The notes beneath the pieces are model-generated. The model searched no databases. It was given only the letters and a program-made list of their open reading frames with translations, and was not told the DNA's origin. Of a DNA stretch of 64,000 nucleotides, positions 31,991 to 40,170 are shown piece after piece. The DNA lies in assembly GCA_050250255.1 (NCBI GenBank), contig JBFWOZ010000002.1:77655-141654 (forward strand), in the 5' to 3' direction. The DNA comes from Bdellovibrionales bacterium (GTDB lineage: Bacteria; Bdellovibrionota; Bdellovibrionia; Bdellovibrionales; DASUEL01). Each line of letters starts with the position of its first letter. The stretch's first letter is position 1. The translations under genes were made by a program, and so were the position numbers.

Positions 31991-32017
31991 TTTTACCTCT
32001 AATTTAGAGTATTTAGG

Positions 32018-32674
32018 CTAGCACTGGGCATCAGGAGGCGCAATGAGTTTACGGGCGGCATGTCCCGCAGCGGCAAGTGCAGATTCAAGTCGAGTTGCAA
32101 GCTCAGGATCACGAGGATCCTCACTTGTCACCATTGGCAGGGGCTCACCCCAAACGACAGCGACTTTCGAAAAAGGAAACGGGAGCTGAGCTTTGTTCCA
32201 GGACTTTTCAAAAATATGTTTATGAGAAGCTGCGATGGCGAGAGGGACAATGGGCGCTTCAAGCACTTTTGAAATCTGAAAAACGCCAGGCTTTGCCTTG
32301 TGGTAAGGGCCCTTGGGTCCGTCCACGGCAACGCATGGATTGTAACCATTTTGACTGTGTCGCAAAAGCCCCTTCAGGGCGGTCACTCCTCCGCGAGTCG
32401 AAGAGCCACGTGAGGTTTTTACGCCAAGCCATCTCACGACACGATCAAGAAGTTCGCCGTCTCGGCTGGTGGAAGTCATGGTTGCGACCTTGTAGAAGCG
32501 GGAAAGCGGAATCACGGCGAGCTCGTCACCGTGCCAAAAGGCATAAACCGCAGATCTCTTCTCTCGAAGAAGTTTTTTTAGCCCTTCAGATTCAACAACG
32601 GTGACTCGCCAGGAGCGAGTCCATAAAAAATAAACAACAAAGAGAAGCGGGGGCAAAAAAAATTGGCGGAACAA
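32018..32674 (-). CDS. DUF374-family (lysophospholipid acyltransferase-like) protein
   Basis: 218 aa. The pattern FWHGDE...TSTSRDGELL...RGSSTRGG...AVDGPKGP matches my recollection of DUF374. Confidence 0.6.
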   Translation of the reverse strand: MFRQFFLPPLLFVVYFLWTRSWRVTVVESEGLKKLLREKRSAVYAFWHGDELAVIPLSRFYKVATMTSTSRDGELLDRVVRWLGVKTSRGSSTRGGVTALKGLLRHSQNGYNPCVAVDGPKGPYHKAKPGVFQISKVLEAPIVPLAIAASHKHIFEKSWNKAQLPFPFSKVAVVWGEPLPMVTSEDPRDPELATRLESALAAAGHAARKLIAPPDAQC

Positions 32675-32678
32675 AATT

Positions 32679-33644
32679 TTACCCTAAAACTTTTTTGAAC
32701 TCTTCCGTGAGCTTAGGAAGAACCTCAAACGCGTCGCCCACAATTCCGTAAGTGGCTTTTTTGAAAATAGGAGCTTCAGGATCTTTGTTAATCGCAACAA
32801 TCACTTTACTCGAGCTCATGCCCGCAAGATGTTGGATAGCTCCAGAGATTCCGCATGCGATGTAAAGGCTTGGAGCCACAGTCTTACCTGTTTGCCCAAC
32901 TTGCATAGAGTGAGGAACCCACCCGGCATCCACGACCGCACGCGAGGCACCGACGGTGGCGCCCAGAACGTCAGCCAAATCGTTAAGAAGCTTAAAGTGT
33001 TCTGGGCCCTTCATTCCGCGACCGCCGGAAACAATGATGTTGGCTTCGGAAAGATCGAGTTTTGCGGAGGTTCCGCGAACAATATTTTTCACAATCGTTT
33101 TAAGAGATAAACTTGGTGCTGGCAGAACCTGAACTTGCGGCTTATCAGAGCCCTGAGCCGTCGGTAAAGGAAGTTGGTTGGCTCTCATGAGAACAATTTT
33201 CGTTGGAGAATTTTTAAAGTTCACTTGAGCTGTACATTTCCCAGCGTAGAGAGGTTTTCTTGCTTCAACGTCGCTTCCAGAAAATTTAAGCTCTGTGCAA
33301 TCTGCTGCGAAACCTGCTTTGAGTTGAGCGGCCAGGCGCGGAAGCGCATCACGTGCGCTACTTGAGCCAGAGGCTAAAATCACGTCAGGTGCAACATGGG
33401 CTGCGGCCGTCGTGAGAAGCGAAAGATAAAGCTCGCTGTTGTAATTATTGAGAGTTGCATCATCACATATGAGCGCCGCCTTCACGCCAAAGCCTGCGAG
33501 ATTTTCTGCTGCGGTTTTTGCGCCCGCACCGAGAAAGAGTACCGTGAGCTCCGCGCCAGATTTTGTGCTGACACCCACGAGTTCCAGTGTTGATGTTTTT
33601 ACTTTTCCTTCAGAGTGTTCGCCGTAAACTAAAACTTTTGCCAT
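32679..33644 (-). CDS. etfA: electron transfer flavoprotein alpha subunit
   Basis: 321 aa with the C-terminal FAD-binding motif [16 protein letters not shown]. Confidence 0.9.
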   Translation of the reverse strand: MAKVLVYGEHSEGKVKTSTLELVGVSTKSGAELTVLFLGAGAKTAAENLAGFGVKAALICDDATLNNYNSELYLSLLTTAAAHVAPDVILASGSSSARDALPRLAAQLKAGFAADCTELKFSGSDVEARKPLYAGKCTAQVNFKNSPTKIVLMRANQLPLPTAQGSDKPQVQVLPAPSLSLKTIVKNIVRGTSAKLDLSEANIIVSGGRGMKGPEHFKLLNDLADVLGATVGASRAVVDAGWVPHSMQVGQTGKTVAPSLYIACGISGAIQHLAGMSSSKVIVAINKDPEAPIFKKATYGIVGDAFEVLPKLTEEFKKVLG

Positions 33645-33651
33645 ATGTTCC

Positions 33652-34419
33652 TCACACTACCTTTGCTTCTTCACGAAGTAGTTTTACAAGTTCAGCTGAT
33701 TGAGCGGCACTATCGCCAGATAATATTTTGCATGCCGGTCGATCGGGCGGAAGTTGGAAGGATGAATAGCTTACGCGCTGATCTTCAGGGGAAATGGAGA
33801 GAGCTGAAAGAGAAGATTCCTGAAGGGTTTTCTTTTTTGCTTTCATGATTCCCGGTAGGCTCGCGTAGCGAGGAGTGTTCAGGCCCTTGTTTGCGCCAAT
33901 CACTGCAGGCAATGTGAGCTCAAGGGTTTCCTTCGCGCCGCCTTCGGCCTCGCGTTCCACTGTCACCTTGTCTGCGCCCCACTCGAATTTCGAAACAACC
34001 GTTGCGTGTGTGTAGCCAAGCTCTTCGGCCAACATTTGAGTGACGGCCATAGAGTTATCATCGATGGCGGCTTTTCCCGAAAATATAATTTTTGGAGCTT
34101 TAGGTTTGATTGCGGCGGCAAGAGCGCGCGCGGCGGTTAAGTTATCGATATTTTCAGGAGCATCAATCACCATCGCTTCATCAGCCCCCATCGCAAGTGC
34201 TGTGCGGAGAGTTTCCGAAACGCTTTGCTTTGGCCCAACACTCACGACGGTCACTGTAGATCCGGCAACTTGAGTTTTGAGTTTCAAAGCTTCCTCGATG
34301 GCGAACTCATCGTAAGGATTTAGAATCCATTTTGTTCCAGCAAAATCGAGACTGTTACCCGTCACCTTGATCTTTGTTTCGGTGTCGGGAACTTGTTTTA
34401 CACATACGAATATTTCCAT
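33652..34419 (-). CDS. etfB: electron transfer flavoprotein beta subunit
   Basis: 255 aa. The N-terminus is MEIFVCVKQVPDTETKIKV. It lies directly upstream of etfA. Confidence 0.9.
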   Translation of the reverse strand: MEIFVCVKQVPDTETKIKVTGNSLDFAGTKWILNPYDEFAIEEALKLKTQVAGSTVTVVSVGPKQSVSETLRTALAMGADEAMVIDAPENIDNLTAARALAAAIKPKAPKIIFSGKAAIDDNSMAVTQMLAEELGYTHATVVSKFEWGADKVTVEREAEGGAKETLELTLPAVIGANKGLNTPRYASLPGIMKAKKKTLQESSLSALSISPEDQRVSYSSFQLPPDRPACKILSGDSAAQSAELVKLLREEAKVV

Positions 34420-34770
34420 GAATCCTCCAAGGCTAACCGCGCTTCATAGCGGTTCTTATAACGACGCTCTCATGTTGTAATGAGGACCCGTCGAATGTCG
34501 AGCCTGAGATAGCAACTATGATGAGATTAATAACAGGTCAACCAATGATTCAGAATTTGGAGACCGACAAAGGTCTAGAGAAAGCTGGACCAAAGTTTTG
34601 ACTGTGGGGGTTGACCGCGAGCGTTACGGCATTTTTATTTCGTTCACTATTGAACGTGCATAACATGATTTCACTAATGAGTTTGATAAGGGCTTAAGAA
34701 GGATTCTGAGCTCGACACGGATTGAGGAAGTTCGGAGGGAAGCTTTACTCAGTCTTTTCATGGAGGAATC

Positions 34771-36417
34771 ATGAATAAGTTTTTATTTATTGCCACGACT
34801 TTGATGGCATCAGTGGTATTTGCAAAAACGAAAACGCCAGAAGCAGTGCCCGGCGAATTCGTTGTTAAATTGAAGCCAGCATTCGTTTCAATTTCGGCAC
34901 AAGCGTTATCTCAGCAACTGCAAGCTCAAGTAAAAGAAGTGATCAACAGAGAGGGCGATCTCGTACTTGTACAAAAACAAGGTACACGCAAATCCGCAAT
35001 CGCAAGCCTCAGCTCAACGGGCATTGTGGAGTATGCAGAACCAAACTTCATCTACCGCATTGGTGGGATGACACCAGACGATGCTCAGTACAAAGAACTT
35101 TGGGGAATGAAAAACACAGGACAAACTGTGAGTAACGTACCGGGCGTTGCGGGCATTGATATCAATGCAGAAAAAGCTTGGGAAATCACAACAGGCTCTA
35201 AAAATGTGATCGTTGGAGTGATCGATACGGGCGTGGACTTCAATATTCCAGATCTAAAAGCAACAGCTTGGGTGAACGAAGCGGAGGCCAAGGGTCGTGC
35301 TGGCGTTGATGATGACAAAAACGGCTATGTTGATGACATCAACGGATACGACTTTGTAAACAACGACGGCGATCCAACAGATGATCATGGGCACGGCTCT
35401 CATGTTTCTGGAACCATCGGTGGTCAGGGAAATAACGGCATGGACGTTGTTGGTGTAAACTGGAACGTTACTATTATGGGGCTTAAGTTCCTTAGCGCCT
35501 CTGGAAGCGGATCGCTTGCATCTGCAATCAAAGCTATCGATTATGCGACAATGATGGGCGCTCATTTTACGAGCAACTCATGGGGTGGCGGTGGATTTTC
35601 TCAAGCCCTCTTTGATTCCATCAAAAAAGCGAACGACAAAAATATGTTGTTTATCGCTGCCGCTGGAAACAACGGAACAAACAACGATACGACTCCTCAA
35701 TATCCCGCGAACTACCAAATTCCAAACGTGATCTCAGTTGCGGCGATCACCAATACGGGTGCAAAGGCGAGCTTCTCTTGTTATGGCGCGAGAACGGTTC
35801 ACGTAGGTGCTCCAGGAAATTACATTCTCAGCACGATTCCGATGGCGCTTGATGGTCAAGATGGAAAGCGTGATGGTCTTGCGAGCTGGAGAGGAACATC
35901 AATGGCGACTCCGCACGTTTCAGGTGTTGCGGCACTTGTTCTTGCGAAATATCCAGGCATGTCAGCGATGGAACTTAAAGATCGTCTTGTGAAAACGGCA
36001 CGTCCTCTTTCTGGCATGAAGGGTGTTGTGAGTAGCGGTGGCATCGTAGATGCGTACAACGCTCTCACGAATACAATGCCGCCGCCAGATGCGAACGATC
36101 CTGCCAACTGGCCGCAAGTGGATCACATGCTCTCTTCACCACACCCTTATGGCAATAACGTGAATCAAACGTTCACCGTAACGATTCCGGATGCGACAAA
36201 GATTGCGCTCACTTTTTCAAAATTTGAGACAGAAGCTGGGTACGACATCGTGAAATTTTATGATGGCGCGGGAGTAGAGCTTGGTTCGTTTTCTGGAAAC
36301 CACACTGGAGAGTTTTCGCCCGTTGCTATGGGGAATACGATCAAGATGGTTTTCACAACTGACGGAGATGTGACTCAGTACGGGTTTGATATCACGAAGG
36401 TTGCGATTCAGAAGTAA
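34771..36417 (+). CDS. secreted subtilisin-like (S8) serine protease with I9-like propeptide and CUB-like C-terminal domain
   Basis: 548 aa with a signal peptide. The catalytic triad contexts are VGVIDTGVD, HGHGSHVSGTIG and GTSMATPHVSG. The C-terminal 95 aa read SPHPYGNN...IALTFSKFETEAGYDIVKFYDG...MVFTTDGDVTQYGF. Confidence 0.9.
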   Translation: MNKFLFIATTLMASVVFAKTKTPEAVPGEFVVKLKPAFVSISAQALSQQLQAQVKEVINREGDLVLVQKQGTRKSAIASLSSTGIVEYAEPNFIYRIGGMTPDDAQYKELWGMKNTGQTVSNVPGVAGIDINAEKAWEITTGSKNVIVGVIDTGVDFNIPDLKATAWVNEAEAKGRAGVDDDKNGYVDDINGYDFVNNDGDPTDDHGHGSHVSGTIGGQGNNGMDVVGVNWNVTIMGLKFLSASGSGSLASAIKAIDYATMMGAHFTSNSWGGGGFSQALFDSIKKANDKNMLFIAAAGNNGTNNDTTPQYPANYQIPNVISVAAITNTGAKASFSCYGARTVHVGAPGNYILSTIPMALDGQDGKRDGLASWRGTSMATPHVSGVAALVLAKYPGMSAMELKDRLVKTARPLSGMKGVVSSGGIVDAYNALTNTMPPPDANDPANWPQVDHMLSSPHPYGNNVNQTFTVTIPDATKIALTFSKFETEAGYDIVKFYDGAGVELGSFSGNHTGEFSPVAMGNTIKMVFTTDGDVTQYGFDITKVAIQK

Positions 36418-36447
36418 TTCCGAGTTTTAAAGAATACTTGTGTAAAG

Positions 36448-36475
36448 GCCAGGTCACAAAAACCTGGCTTTTTTT
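36448..36475. terminator. bidirectional intrinsic terminator
   Basis: The sequence is GCCAGGT-CACAAAA-ACCTGGC followed by T7, preceded by AAAG. It lies between the convergent protease and hydrolase genes. Confidence 0.75.
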
Positions 36476-37424
36476 ATTCGAGAGCTCGATCAGAATTTTT
36501 TTTTACCTTTGAGCTGCTTTTGGCGGCGGGTTTCTCTGCAGGGTAGTCCACTTGATTCAAAAACTTCTCGATACGCAAGTTTACAAAATCAGGCATATCA
36601 AGTTGAGTGCAGTGGGAGCCATAAGGAACGATAAGGAGTTCACTCCCCTTGATGTTGTTATGCAGAGTTCTTTGGTAGGGGAGTGCGGTCACGGTATCTT
36701 TGTCGCCACCGATAATAAGAGTGGGAGCTTGAATGCGATCAAGTACAAGACGACCGTCGTAAGTCATCATTTGCTCAAAGAGCTGGAGAAACACGTCCAT
36801 TTCGATAGAGGCGACGCCGCGAGCGTAAATCTCAATGTCTTTGAAGCTTGTTAGACTTAAATTAAATCCGCCCGCCCACCCTGTTAATCGAAGCGCAATC
36901 GGATTCGTCACTGCAAACTTCCAAAGGTAAGAAATAGTTTCGGGCATTTGTTCATAACCTTGTTTGAAGGCTTTAAACGCTTGAGTCACAGCATCGAGCC
37001 CGAACATGCCTTGAATCGGATTTGTCGCAAACCCGTTCACTAAAATCATGTTGTGGAAAAGTTGTGGAGCAAGCTCATAAGTGCGTAACAAAATTTGCGC
37101 TCCAAAACTGTGTCCTAAAAAACAGGACTTATCGATTTTCAAATGTTGGCAGAGGGCGGCAACATCTCGAGCAATCGCATCGATAGAGAGATGAGATCGA
37201 TCTTTAGGAATCCCCGACTTGTGATGACCGCGATAATCGAAAGTGATGCAGCTATATTTTTGAGAGAAGGCACGAATTTGGTGTCGCCAATGATTAGATC
37301 CGCAGGCAATTCCGTAGGCAAAAATCAGAGGAAGTCCTTGGCCACGTACTTCGTAGTAGATGGGTGTGCCATCGAAGCTTTCAAAATAACCAGTGCTTTT
37401 GGAGACAGTACTTTTCGTACTCAT
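36474..37424 (-). CDS. alpha/beta-fold hydrolase
   Basis: 316 aa with the nucleophile elbow GHSFGA and a C-terminal PYGSHC histidine region. Confidence 0.8.
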   Translation of the reverse strand: MSTKSTVSKSTGYFESFDGTPIYYEVRGQGLPLIFAYGIACGSNHWRHQIRAFSQKYSCITFDYRGHHKSGIPKDRSHLSIDAIARDVAALCQHLKIDKSCFLGHSFGAQILLRTYELAPQLFHNMILVNGFATNPIQGMFGLDAVTQAFKAFKQGYEQMPETISYLWKFAVTNPIALRLTGWAGGFNLSLTSFKDIEIYARGVASIEMDVFLQLFEQMMTYDGRLVLDRIQAPTLIIGGDKDTVTALPYQRTLHNNIKGSELLIVPYGSHCTQLDMPDFVNLRIEKFLNQVDYPAEKPAAKSSSKVKKNSDRALE

Positions 37425-37441
37425 ATTCGTCGCTTCCGAAG

Positions 37442-38122
37442 CTATTTTAGCAAAACCTTCATTCGTGTTTCAAAAATGGAGATGATATCGCCATCCTTTA
37501 GCTTTTCGGAAGAAACAGGGCTTTCATTAAGAAGTACAGTCTTTTGGTGGAGGGTTTTAAAAATAATATGCCCGCCTTCGTCGGGCGAAAGAGTGAAACA
37601 AAGCGAGGGAGCTCCGGACTCAAGAATGGGACAATCAAAACTATGTGGACCAACGGACCGAGGACCATAAGCGAAGGAGTAAATCTCCCCTTTTTGAGGG
37701 CCCTTAAGAAAATGGAGCTCTAACAGATGTCGAAACCCAAGGGGGCTCCCATTCTTTTTTGGGGGATCGATGGGGGTCTCGGACGCTATGCGTTGGACCG
37801 TAGATCTCCAGCTTTCAACAGAAGCTCTCTCCGAGTCGGGAATTTCTACAACAAAATGGGTGATGCCTATAGAGAACTCCACGCCTTCTTCGAGGGGGAC
37901 CTCTAAAACCTTCCCCCCATTGAAACGGATTTTGTTGGTGGAGCCCAAGTCAACGAGAACATAGGTGTTTTTCCGATTTTCTAAAAGGCGGATCTCCGCA
38001 TGGAGTTGGGAAGCCTTACCGTCTTTCAGGTTAAAGTCAGCCCCCGATCGGCCAATTTTTATACCTGCGCGGATTTCAATTTCATCCCCTTGACGAGGAC
38101 CTTTTGTGATTCTTAATTTCAT
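37442..38122 (-). CDS. protein with two FHA domains
   Basis: The ORF extends to 38203, but the ATG at 38122 (MKLRITKGPRQGDEIEI) is the likely start. FHA-like units are GRSGADFNLKDGKASQLHAEI...VDLGSTNKIRFNG and a second unit at LHFLKGPQKGEIYSF...LNESPV. Confidence 0.7.
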   Translation of the reverse strand: MKLRITKGPRQGDEIEIRAGIKIGRSGADFNLKDGKASQLHAEIRLLENRKNTYVLVDLGSTNKIRFNGGKVLEVPLEEGVEFSIGITHFVVEIPDSERASVESWRSTVQRIASETPIDPPKKNGSPLGFRHLLELHFLKGPQKGEIYSFAYGPRSVGPHSFDCPILESGAPSLCFTLSPDEGGHIIFKTLHQKTVLLNESPVSSEKLKDGDIISIFETRMKVLLK

Positions 38123-38238
38123 TCGAGAATGGCCCTTGTCCAGACCCCCTCCACATGGTAATACTCTGAGCCCAAAATTCGAAACAAGCAACCCGTTCCC
38201 CACATAAGTTTGGGGGACTATTTAACCGAGGGTAGACT

Positions 38239-38817
38239 ATGCAAAAGACCACTGAAGTTGCGTCTAAAGGACGTAAATCATCCACAGGCGCTCAAAAAGA
38301 AGCCGCCGTCAAAGCTTACGAATCTGTGATCATTTTGAATCCAGAAAGTGCTTTGGAAACACAAAAAGATCTTTTTAAGAAAAATAAAAAGATTATTGAA
38401 GAGCATAACGGAAGTGTTCACACCGTTGAAACTTGGGGCAAGCGCATCCTTGCGAACCCTATCGAAAAGTTTGCACGTGGACTTTACTTTCACACCACAT
38501 TCTATGCAGACACAAAAGCTGTGGCGGAACTTGAAAGAACAATGCGTATTAACGACAAAGTTCTTCGTTTCATTCACACTCGCCTAGAAGATGGAACAGA
38601 GCTTGCTCAACATCTTGAAAAATTTAAGACAGAGCTTGCAAACAATGCTCAGCGTGAGCGTGAGCGTGAAGCAAAACAAGCCGAGAAGCGTGCTGCTATG
38701 AAGAGATTTGATGGCGATGGCGATGAAGGCGGCGGTCGCGGCGGCCGTGGCGGTCGTGATGGCGGTCGCGGCGGCGGTCGTTTTGAAGGTAAGTTCGACG
38801 AAGGCGAAGAAGAGTAA
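38239..38817 (+). CDS. rpsF: 30S ribosomal protein S6 with N-terminal extension and C-terminal RGG/acidic tail
   Basis: The core is YESVIILNPE...WGKRILANPIEKFARGLYFH...RFIHTRL. The tail is DGDGDEGGGRGGRGGRDGGRGGGRFEGKFDEGEEE. A GAGGG SD sequence lies upstream. Confidence 0.85.
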   Translation: MQKTTEVASKGRKSSTGAQKEAAVKAYESVIILNPESALETQKDLFKKNKKIIEEHNGSVHTVETWGKRILANPIEKFARGLYFHTTFYADTKAVAELERTMRINDKVLRFIHTRLEDGTELAQHLEKFKTELANNAQREREREAKQAEKRAAMKRFDGDGDEGGGRGGRGGRDGGRGGGRFEGKFDEGEEE

Positions 38818-38834
38818 TTTCGTAGTCAGTAACT

Positions 38835-39722
38835 ATGAGCACAGCACTTCGCGCGCCTCTTAAGGCACTCTTTTTAACTTTGACGACGGTGTTTCTGTCG
38901 CTGGCTACGATTGTGGTTGCGACAGTTCCGCTCGTAATTCTTCGCCGAGAATTCGGCCGAGGAATCTATCTTGCACTTTCGGCAGCGGCGATTGGCGCCC
39001 TGCTCACAAGTCGTCAGGCGGAAACCAGTATCGTGCTGTTTACAGCATTTTTATTGGTCGCTGTTTATGTTGAAGCAAAAGAGTTAGGGTTAAGTCATAT
39101 GTACTCAGGAGCCATAGGCATTTTGTTTGTTGCGGGAAGCCTCTATTGTGCGGGACATTTTTGGCTGCGCAGTCAGGGCTCAAGTTTTACGATGTTTTTC
39201 ACAGAAAAGATCGAAATGTTTTCGCAGCAACTTCAAGCTATGGATCCAAAGATAAAACTCGATACCGCGACACTAGTAGCGCAAACACCCTCTGCGATGA
39301 TCATTCTTCTCGCAGTCAGTATTTGGTTAGCTATGTTGTGGGATGTGCGAATGAACTCTGCGCCAGCCCTTGACGAGGAGGGCCCTCGCGGACTTGAAAC
39401 ATTTCGAGCCCCAGATTGGTTTGTTTGGATTTTTCTGGCTTCGATCTTGGGAAGCTTTCTCGAGTTAAACGTACCGGCTGTGCAAGTGGCCGCTACAAAC
39501 GTTCTGAACATCGCGGTGTTGGTCTATTTTTTCCAAGGGATAGCGATTGTAGGAATGTTTTTTAGAAAGCAAAAAATGGGGCCGTTTTGGCAGGCCTTAG
39601 GATACTTTTTATTGATAGCTCAGCTATTTTTATTCGTGGCGATGTTAGGTTTTATCGATTTGTGGATCGATTTTAGAGCAAAAATGATAAAGAAATCAGA
39701 GCAAAGAACCGGAGAGGTATAA
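38835..39722 (+). CDS. polytopic membrane protein, probable DUF2232 (YybS-like)
   Basis: 295 aa with ~7 TM helices. It sits immediately upstream of rplI-dnaB, the position YybS occupies in Bacillus. The family assignment rests on context and topology. Confidence 0.5.
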   Translation: MSTALRAPLKALFLTLTTVFLSLATIVVATVPLVILRREFGRGIYLALSAAAIGALLTSRQAETSIVLFTAFLLVAVYVEAKELGLSHMYSGAIGILFVAGSLYCAGHFWLRSQGSSFTMFFTEKIEMFSQQLQAMDPKIKLDTATLVAQTPSAMIILLAVSIWLAMLWDVRMNSAPALDEEGPRGLETFRAPDWFVWIFLASILGSFLELNVPAVQVAATNVLNIAVLVYFFQGIAIVGMFFRKQKMGPFWQALGYFLLIAQLFLFVAMLGFIDLWIDFRAKMIKKSEQRTGEV

Positions 39723-39723
39723 A

Positions 39724-40170
39724 ATGAGAGTAATTTTACAAAGTGATGTGAAAAGCTTAGGGAAAGTCGGTGATTTAGTTCGTGTAAAAGACGGCTACGC
39801 ACGCAACTTTCTTCTTCCGCGCAAACTCGCTGTTGAGGCGACAGAAAAACGTGCGAAAGAGTTAGAGCATCTTAAAAAGAGCGCTGACCAGAAAAAGAAA
39901 AAAGCCGTGGCTCAACGAAAAGAGCTCGTAAGTCAGCTTTCAAAAGTGAGCATCACTTTCAAATCTGAAGCGGGTGAAGATTCTGACAAATTGTTCGGAA
40001 CCATCACGACAACCGACATTTCCAATGAACTTGAAAAACAAGGTTACAACATTGATCGTCGAGACATCCATCTCGAAACACCGATCAAGCTCCTTGGTCA
40101 ACACCGCGCAAGCATTAAGCTCGGCGAAGGCTTAGAAGCGACTCTCACCGTTTCTGTTGAGAGGAAGTAA
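39724..40170 (+). CDS. rplI: 50S ribosomal protein L9
   Basis: 148 aa. The N-terminus is MRVILQSDVKSLGKVGDLVRVKDGYARNFLLPRKLA. Confidence 0.95.
   Translation: MRVILQSDVKSLGKVGDLVRVKDGYARNFLLPRKLAVEATEKRAKELEHLKKSADQKKKKAVAQRKELVSQLSKVSITFKSEAGEDSDKLFGTITTTDISNELEKQGYNIDRRDIHLETPIKLLGQHRASIKLGEGLEATLTVSVERK

Noticed and set aside
37143-37670. A 175-aa plus-strand ORF spanning the hydrolase start and the FHA gene end.
   Set aside because: It is antisense to two well-supported genes and crosses their intergenic gap. It has no motifs.
38640-38814. GCGTGA and GGC-GGT-CGY tandem repeats, considered as a possible repeat array or CRISPR-like element.
   Set aside because: They are in frame within rpsF and encode the ERERE and RGG low-complexity peptide. 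They lack the spacer-repeat architecture of a CRISPR array.
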